Source: Microbacterium phage Pajaza | Strand: one strand, 5' to 3' | Sequence record: MG944216.1 | DNA length: 32,000 nt | In this document: in pieces, positions 27,383-32,000 of the stretch | Layout: every line of letters starts with the position of its first letter | How positions within the stretch are numbered: position 1 is the first letter of the stretch | Notes under the pieces: model-generated | Told to the model about the DNA's origin: nothing | The model's database searches: none | The model's input: only the letters and a program-made list of their open reading frames with translations | Position numbers and translations under genes: made by a program

Positions 27383-27501
27383 TTCTTCTGCTCCTTCCGT
27401 GCGGCGAGGTAGGGCTTCACGAGGTAGATGTACCCCACGATCGCCCACAGGACGCCTGCGACCGGCAGGCCGATCTCCGGGGGAATGTAGTCGGGGGTCA
27501 T
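27379..27501 (-). CDS. 40-aa single-TM membrane protein, absent from ORF track
   Basis: MTPDYIPPEIGLPVAGVLWAIVGYIYLVKPYLAARKEQKK; 4-nt overlaps on both sides. Confidence 0.55.
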   Translation of the reverse strand: MTPDYIPPEIGLPVAGVLWAIVGYIYLVKPYLAARKEQKK

Positions 27502-28307
27502 GCCGTCGCCTCCCCAGTCCCTGCAGGCTCGTTGTGGTGGGGATCCACGTCACGAGCCTCGGCCTGCTCACGGAGAGCTCGGTCCATCCAGATCCGGCGA
27601 GCGCGACGGTTGAGCTCATCGTCGACCCGGTCAGCCTCCTTGGTGAGGAGTTCGAAGTGACGGGGGTAGACGTGCAGGTTGGCCACCTGGAAGGTGATGT
27701 GGCCTCGCTTGAGATCGGGGTAGATGATCTCCAGCGAACCGAGGAGCCACTCCATCAGGAAGTCCCACATGGAGTAGTCCGCCCGGTATCCCCAGACCGC
27801 GTCCATGCTGCGCATCTGGGCGATGATGTTGAGCTGGTTCTCGTGGTCGACCATGACGTTCAGTGCGTTCGTGCAGATGAAGTCGTTCCGACCGTTCTTG
27901 TGCGCCAGGTTGTGGATGTCCCGGTCGCTGATGATGGCCACCGCGTGGCGAGTACCGAGACCCTCGTTGATCAGAGTCGCCACGATTCGCTCAGCCAGGG
28001 ACGGAGCCGGAGGCAGCTCCTCGCCCTTGCCGAACAGGATGTGACCGTAGGCACTGTTCACAATGCCGTCGAGGTCAGCGCAGGCCTGGAACGCCTGAGG
28101 CACCGGAGCCTCCATGTCGTGGAGGGAGTTGCTGCCGGAACGGAACCAGTCAAGCTCCCGACGAACCCAGTCCTCGTTGCGCTTGCCGATCATGCTGTCG
28201 TTCGTCGCGATCCACGAGGCGTTGTAGATCACCTTGTTCCCGGTGCGAGGGTCGACCGGAGCCGCCTCGAGAGCGAGGACCATGTCCTCAGAAGTCGGGT
28301 ACATCAT
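27498..28307 (-). CDS. Thymidylate synthase-fold enzyme, candidate dCMP (or dUMP) hydroxymethylase
   Basis: 'NDFICTNALNVMVDHENQLNIIAQMRSMDAVWGYRADYSMW' and 'VANLHVYPRHFELL' match ThyA C-H-...-QRSxD...GxxxN and HxYxxH blocks, with D replacing the nucleotide-discriminating N. Confidence 0.75.
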   Translation of the reverse strand: MMYPTSEDMVLALEAAPVDPRTGNKVIYNASWIATNDSMIGKRNEDWVRRELDWFRSGSNSLHDMEAPVPQAFQACADLDGIVNSAYGHILFGKGEELPPAPSLAERIVATLINEGLGTRHAVAIISDRDIHNLAHKNGRNDFICTNALNVMVDHENQLNIIAQMRSMDAVWGYRADYSMWDFLMEWLLGSLEIIYPDLKRGHITFQVANLHVYPRHFELLTKEADRVDDELNRRARRIWMDRALREQAEARDVDPHHNEPAGTGEATA

Positions 28308-28355
28308 TATGTTGTTCTCCTTGCTATGGGGCTGCGGCTGGCGCCGCTGGTTCTT

Positions 28356-28384
28356 ACCTTACTACAGATCTGTTCGGAACACAA
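28356..28384 (-). promoter_or_regulatory. Promoter (TTGTGT-N17-TAAGGT) with palindrome in spacer
   Basis: -35 28379-28384, -10 28356-28361; ACAGATCTGT palindrome 28364-28373. Confidence 0.7.
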
Positions 28385-28387
28385 CTC

Positions 28388-28534
28388 CTACCTTGGCTCG
28401 TGCCCTCCTTCCGCCGACAGGCACCCAGCCGGGTCTCCCCAGCTCTGGAAGGGGTCGGCATAGGCTACCAAGGTCACCCACCGCCCATCCCGGAAGACGA
28501 TCCGCTCCTGACAGTGCTTGCAGTAGGTCTTCAT
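28388..28534 (-). CDS. Small Cys-containing protein (48 aa)
   Basis: MKTYCKHCQERIVFRDGRWVTLVAYADPFQSWGDPAGCLSAEGGHEPR. Confidence 0.5.
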   Translation of the reverse strand: MKTYCKHCQERIVFRDGRWVTLVAYADPFQSWGDPAGCLSAEGGHEPR

Positions 28535-28722
28535 ATCTTCTTCTCGCACTTCTTGCAGAGGATCTGAGGGATGGGGTGGTCGGAGTACGCCATGGACCAG
28601 AACCTCGTCACCAGGCCACACTCCGTCACGTCGAACGAGTCGCTCGCCAGAACGTGCTGAAGAGTGGGGCGACCCCCCTTCGCCCGAGCCAGGACGAAGA
28701 GGGGAGCCGACGCGCTCATGCC
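28531..28722 (-). CDS. Small hypothetical protein
   Basis: MSASAPLFVLARAKGGRPTLQH...CKKCEKKI; 4-nt overlap with next gene. Confidence 0.5.
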   Translation of the reverse strand, partial: GMSASAPLFVLARAKGGRPTLQHVLASDSFDVTECGLVTRFWSMAYSDHPIPQILCKKCEKKI

Positions 28723-29006
28723 TCGTTCCTCGAGATGTACTCGTAGATCGGGGAGAGCGCCTCCTCCAGGTCGACGGTGTAGTCGCAGATGACATCCCAA
28801 CCCTCACCGAGGGTCAGGAACACCCACGAGCCGTTCTTGGTGCAGAGGCGAGCCTCGTCGACGCTGAACGCTGCCTCAAGGATCTCCTTCTCGGTGGAGG
28901 TCTTGATGAGCTCTTCTCCATCGTCGACCTTGACGACCGGATTCCCGGCAGCCTTGAGAGCGCGGATAACCTTGCGGACGAGGGTGGCTTCGATCTTCTG
29001 GGACAT
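28716..29006 (-). CDS. Hypothetical protein
   Basis: 96 aa MSQKIEATLVRKVIRALKAAGNPVVKVDDGEEL... Confidence 0.6.
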   Translation of the reverse strand: MSQKIEATLVRKVIRALKAAGNPVVKVDDGEELIKTSTEKEILEAAFSVDEARLCTKNGSWVFLTLGEGWDVICDYTVDLEEALSPIYEYISRNEA

Positions 29007-29026
29007 GGGGGACTCCTTGGGGTTGT

Positions 29027-29048
29027 GGGGGAGGCCGTAGCCTCCCCC
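29027..29048 (-). terminator. Hairpin with cUACGg tetraloop
   Basis: On - strand: GGGGGAGGC-TACG-GCCTCCCCC, 9-bp perfect stem, directly after stop of 29061..29315. Confidence 0.7.
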
Positions 29049-29060
29049 GAGGTTGGTGGA

Positions 29061-29315
29061 TTAGAACTCGTCGTCCTCAGCGAACGACGGGTCCATGAAC
29101 GAGATCATCCCTTCGCCGTACTCGGTGTCGATCTTGCCGAAGGTGGCACCGTAGCGCTGGCCGTTGTAGAGAACGACCTTCGTGTCCTCGCCGTACTCTT
29201 CGATCGCTTCCTGGATCGACTCGAGGATCGAACCGAGGGTAACGCTCGTCTCGACCTGGTCCGACGAGTACCCTTGGTTGTCGCTGATGTTGATCGCGAT
29301 GGTCTTGGTAGCCAT
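29061..29315 (-). CDS. Hypothetical acidic protein in its own promoter-terminator unit
   Basis: 84 aa MATKTIAINISDNQGYSSDQVETSVTLGSIL...; preceded by promoter 29361-29390, followed by hairpin 29027-29048. Confidence 0.65.
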   Translation of the reverse strand: MATKTIAINISDNQGYSSDQVETSVTLGSILESIQEAIEEYGEDTKVVLYNGQRYGATFGKIDTEYGEGMISFMDPSFAEDDEF

Positions 29316-29360
29316 TTCGTTTCTCCTTGTTGTGGTGGTTCCGGTTGAGCTGATAGAACT

Positions 29361-29390
29361 ATCCTAACCCGAAGTCGGACTAGTTCACAA
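29361..29390 (-). promoter_or_regulatory. Promoter (TTGTGA-N18-TAGGAT)
   Basis: -35 29385-29390, -10 29361-29366; shares TGGAGTTGTGAACT with 21148 site and an A-rich upstream element. Confidence 0.7.
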
Positions 29391-29408
29391 CTCCAAACGG
29401 AACTTTTC

Positions 29409-30287
29409 TCAAACTTTCTTGAGAACGAACTGCTTCGGGATGTGGGTCTTGAACCGTGGACCCCGAGCGTACCTCGGTCCAGGCTCGCCACCCTTCTCGT
29501 AGAACCTGGCGTACTTACTGAACTCACAGAAGACGTTCTGAACGTCCATCCAGCTCGGAGGGCGACCGTTGCTGCCGGGCAGCGTCGGCATCTCGTCTAC
29601 TGGGAACGACTGGATGATCTGTCGGGTGAACCCCAAGTTCGCCGACGAGCCAGGAGTGTGGCCGAGGTATCCCACCCCCTTGCGCGCTCCTGGTCCAGGA
29701 AGGATGAAGTCATTCTCCTGGTCAGGTTCCCCAGCGCAGTACCCAAGGTCGGTGGCGATCTGCATGCTGAGAAACGGCCCAAGACCAGGGGTTCTCTGCA
29801 GGTTCTTGACCCTACCTTCAAGGTCGGCGATGCCAGAGACGCGCTCAAGGTGTGGCCGTGCCCCAGGGAAGATGTCGGCCATCTTGTCCTTGAGGTTCCG
29901 CTTGTCGTTCGTCATGATGAGGATGATGTATGCGCCGTTCAGGAACGACCCCGGTCGTGCGTCGATCACCGGCCACACTACATCGCGGATCCACTCGGCG
30001 CTGGTGACCTCGTCGAAACTGGGGACGTACCCATCGTTCGCGGCGATGATGTCGTCCATCGTGTCGGGTCGGTTCACCTGCCGGTACAGGTACGACACTG
30101 CCAGGCGGTCGGGAACCTCGTCGTAGACGTTCATCAGTCGCAGGAGATACTGGCTCCCCCGGTCCAGGACGCGGAACACGTTGGTGAACTTGCGACTCGC
30201 CACGATGGGGTCGCTCACGTGCTCGCCGAGGTATGCACTGTGCCTCTGCCAGGCGAACTCTACAACGTCGTCTATCGTCCACGTCAT
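29409..30287 (-). CDS. 5-hmdU DNA kinase helical-domain / aGPT-PPlase / amino-acid:DNA transferase family protein
   Basis: 'DPIVASRKFTNVFRVLDRGSQYLLRLM' and 'PGLGPFLSMQIATDLGYC...DFILPGPGARKGVGYLG' match the characteristic blocks of this DNA-hypermodification family; 292 aa. Confidence 0.75.
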   Translation of the reverse strand: MTWTIDDVVEFAWQRHSAYLGEHVSDPIVASRKFTNVFRVLDRGSQYLLRLMNVYDEVPDRLAVSYLYRQVNRPDTMDDIIAANDGYVPSFDEVTSAEWIRDVVWPVIDARPGSFLNGAYIILIMTNDKRNLKDKMADIFPGARPHLERVSGIADLEGRVKNLQRTPGLGPFLSMQIATDLGYCAGEPDQENDFILPGPGARKGVGYLGHTPGSSANLGFTRQIIQSFPVDEMPTLPGSNGRPPSWMDVQNVFCEFSKYARFYEKGGEPGPRYARGPRFKTHIPKQFVLKKV

Positions 30288-30748
30288 GATGTCACCTGAG
30301 CCAGCACGTCCTCGTGCCCCTTGTCGCTCAGCCAGGAGTGGAACTCGCTGTCGCTCTCCATCAGATACTGCTGGTACAGCGCCCAGGCTCCACCTGTCCC
30401 GGAGGCCTCCTGCCTCTTGCGCTGCTTCGCCTTGTACCGGAACCAAGCCGCCTCCTCCATGTAGCGGGAGGCCATCTCGGTCTTCCCATCCCCGAGGGCA
30501 CGCCTGCACTTCACCAGAAGGCGGATGACTCCCGTCGCGTTCTCTACAGCGGTCTCTTGACCGCGTCGCGCCGAGTCCCCCAGGTTCGCACTCTTCAACC
30601 TGTCGCGGGACTTCTCCCGGCTCTCCTTCTCGGCGTCCAGGAGCTCTTCTATCTCCCGCGTGATCTCCTTCGTCACCATGCCATCGTCGTTCTTGATCGT
30701 CTGCACCAGGCGCTCGTACGACTTCTGCCTCTGCTCCAGTAGGATCAT
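30284..30748 (-). CDS. Helical hypothetical protein, translationally coupled to 29409..30287
   Basis: 154 aa starting MILLEQRQKSYERLVQTIKNDDG; RBS AAGGAGAG; 4-nt overlap with next gene. Confidence 0.65.
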   Translation of the reverse strand: MILLEQRQKSYERLVQTIKNDDGMVTKEITREIEELLDAEKESREKSRDRLKSANLGDSARRGQETAVENATGVIRLLVKCRRALGDGKTEMASRYMEEAAWFRYKAKQRKRQEASGTGGAWALYQQYLMESDSEFHSWLSDKGHEDVLAQVTS

Positions 30749-30780
30749 GTTCTCTCCTTGTCCTTGTCGTGGGCAAAGCA

Positions 30781-30810
30781 ACCTTACCTGCTACCAGCCT
30801 AGCAGCACAA
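30781..30810 (-). promoter_or_regulatory. Leftward early promoter (TTGTGC-N18-TAAGGT) with operator-like palindrome filling the spacer
   Basis: -35 30805-30810, -10 30781-30786; CTGCTA-N6-TAGCAG at 30788-30805. Confidence 0.7.
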
Positions 30811-30817
30811 GCTGGTA

Positions 30818-30853
30818 TAGTGGGTCGGGCTGCTTAGGTTGCTAGTGGGTCGG
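30818..30853. repeat. Two direct repeats TAGTGGGTCGG (30818-30828, 30843-30853), 25-bp period
   Basis: Exact 11-bp repeats upstream of the leftward promoter. Confidence 0.75.
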
Positions 30854-30881
30854 TTCCCTCGCGCGCGTTAGCCAGGGTCAG

Positions 30882-30931
30882 GGGTATACATACAACTCCC
30901 CCCCTATAGGGGGAGTAGTTATGTATATCCC
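30882..30931. repeat. 50-bp imperfect palindrome centred on CCCCTATAGGGG
   Basis: GGGTATACATACAACTCCCCCCCTATAGGGGGAGTAGTTATGTATATCCC; arms match apart from small indels. Confidence 0.8.
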
Positions 30932-31064
30932 TACTGACCTCTGCCAGGAGGGTGGAGTTGGTGTTCCTCAGATGCGGACCGTCGCCGCGCTGGAGCGCGC
31001 TCGGCCGCACTGGGAACCCCTCCTCCTTCCCTTGATCGGTGTATCGGGGTGGTGTGGGGGTGGT

Positions 31065-31093
31065 TTGTGTTGTGGCCGGTGGTGAGGTAAGGT
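31065..31093 (+). promoter_or_regulatory. Rightward promoter (TTGTGT-N17-TAAGGT)
   Basis: -35 31065-31070, -10 31088-31093; predicted +1 = 31100, the A of the downstream ATG. Confidence 0.75.
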
Positions 31094-31099
31094 TGCACC

Positions 31100-31321
31100 A
31101 TGGAGAATGAACGAGGCGAGGCACCGCTGAAGTTGTCTGGGTCGTACTGGTCGGAGAAGCTCGGGGATGTGATCCCCCAGTCCCTCACCATTCCGGACGG
31201 AAGGAAGTTCCGGTGGAATGAGACGTGGGGTTGCTTCACTGATGGCGAGTCGGACCTGTACATGGAAGTGGAGCCGGATCAGATCTCGTCTCTCACTCCT
31301 TGGGAAGTCACCCCGATCTGA
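31100..31321 (+). CDS. Hypothetical protein, probably leaderless mRNA
   Basis: 73 aa MENERGEAPLKLSGSYWSEKLG...; no room for a Shine-Dalgarno after the predicted +1. Confidence 0.65.
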   Translation: MENERGEAPLKLSGSYWSEKLGDVIPQSLTIPDGRKFRWNETWGCFTDGESDLYMEVEPDQISSLTPWEVTPI

Positions 31322-31324
31322 GGG

Positions 31325-31353
31325 TTGTGCTTCCTGTCGGAACAGGGTAGCCT
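31325..31353 (+). promoter_or_regulatory. Promoter (TTGTGC-N17-TAGCCT) overlapped by inverted repeat
   Basis: -35 31325-31330, -10 31348-31353; inverted repeat GGAACAGGG-TAG-CCTTGTTCC 31339-31359. Confidence 0.55.
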
Positions 31354-31403
31354 TGTTCCTGCCACGTCAAGTGGCGAGTCCACCAACATAGAAGGAGAAC
31401 ATC

Positions 31404-31550
31404 ATGGGTCGTCAGGCTCGAGACGGAGCAATGTACACCAGGTCGCAGAAGGGACACAGTCTGACTCTGCACCTGCTGCTGGGAGTGGTCGTTCTGTGGA
31501 TCCCCGCGATCTACTACTCGTTCAGTCCCAACCACTACTGGCACATCTGA
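31404..31550 (+). CDS. 48-aa single-TM membrane protein, absent from ORF track
   Basis: MGRQARDGAMYTRSQKGHSLTLHLLLGVVVLWIPAIYYSFSPNHYWHI; RBS GAAGGAG. Confidence 0.6.
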   Translation: MGRQARDGAMYTRSQKGHSLTLHLLLGVVVLWIPAIYYSFSPNHYWHI

Positions 31551-31571
31551 GTCTGGTGAGAGAGGCTCATC

Positions 31572-32000
31572 ATGGCTGATACTCGTCAGATGCCCGTCGT
31601 CAATCGCCCGGATGGGGTGGTGCCCGTGTGTCGGGTACGTGTGGCCGGGACGTTCAGGATCATCGATGGTACCTGGGCTGAGGTTACTGGATCTATCCAG
31701 TTGAGGGAAGGCAACGAGTGGCTGTCGCTCAACCTAGTGGATCATCCGCTCATCGTGGCGCGTCGGTTCAGCGGGAACGAGGGCGACCGTGAGGTTCCCG
31801 AGCTGACTGTGGTCGCTGCTGTCAAGCGGTGGCTCGGGTCGGGTGGGGCGGAAGTGCTTCAGCTCACTGGGAGCGAGGCTCGTTCCTCGGCGGATGGCCG
31901 GTCGACCGAGTGGCGATACTGGGCGTGGATGGGAGCGCGGCTGTCTGTCGCTCTGCAGACGAGGGGCGACGGCTCGGTGGTAGTGCTCGGCCTGCAGTGA
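31572..32000 (+). CDS. Hypothetical protein
   Basis: 142-aa ORF with stop at 31998-32000. Confidence 0.6.
   Translation: MADTRQMPVVNRPDGVVPVCRVRVAGTFRIIDGTWAEVTGSIQLREGNEWLSLNLVDHPLIVARRFSGNEGDREVPELTVVAAVKRWLGSGGAEVLQLTGSEARSSADGRSTEWRYWAWMGARLSVALQTRGDGSVVVLGLQ

Noticed and set aside
27498-28307. Simple annotation as canonical thymidylate synthase
   Set aside because: The Asn equivalent to ThyA N177 is Asp, and the surrounding PFNIAS block is replaced by RADYSM; ordinary dTMP synthesis is less likely than a hydroxymethylase, though not excluded.
23296-30287. 7-deazaguanine or TET/JBP-type modification pathway
   Set aside because: No QueC/QueD/QueE/FolE/Tgt-like or dioxygenase motifs seen; available evidence points instead to hydroxymethyl-pyrimidine chemistry.
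30834-31263. Antisense ORFs over the divergent control region (96 and 110 aa)
   Set aside because: They run across promoters and palindromes, have no RBS, and the translated sequences are low-complexity.
1-32000. Search for integrase/excisionase, transposase or lysogeny repressor
   Set aside because: No recognisable recombinase or transposase motifs on either strand; lysogeny cannot be judged because part of the genome is outside the window.

Overview
This window is part of a high-GC actinobacteriophage-like genome (tailed siphovirus architecture; host not determinable from sequence alone). Positions 1-13471 are a rightward late module: HK97 gp10-like protein (partial), tail terminator-like, major tail protein, tail assembly chaperones with a probable -1 frameshift, tape measure, distal tail protein, Gp37-like tail protein with a LamG-like domain, minor tail proteins including a GH18-like enzyme, a GH25/Cpl-7/LysM endolysin and holin-like membrane proteins. 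It ends at a convergent hairpin (13491-13522). Positions 13536-30748 are a leftward early module: primase-helicase, VRR-NUC nuclease, acidic SSB-like protein, Sak4-like ATPase, PD-(D/E)XK exonuclease, family A DNA polymerase, an atypical tRNA-like element, H1-tailed protein, SF2 helicase, MazG-like protein, dNMP-kinase-like protein, glycosyltransferase, ThyA-fold protein, a protein resembling the 5-hmdU-kinase helical / aGPT-PPlase / amino-acid:DNA transferase family, and many small ORFs. A 350-bp divergent control region (30749-31099) precedes a small rightward cluster (31100-32000). The most interesting findings are: (1) a candidate DNA base hypermodification pathway spread over 23.3-30.3 kb, whose ThyA-like enzyme has Asp at the position that is Asn in ThyA and Asp in T4 dCMP hydroxymethylase, predicting hydroxymethylcytosine chemistry combined with a family known mainly from thymidine hypermodification; (2) a family of seven matching promoters (TTGTG[A/T/C]-N17/18-TANNNT), two of which place +1 exactly on the A of an ATG (leaderless mRNAs) and some of which carry palindromes in or at the promoter; (3) a tRNA-like element with an aberrant 15-nt anticodon-region loop. 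All homology statements come from motif recognition by eye, not database searches.
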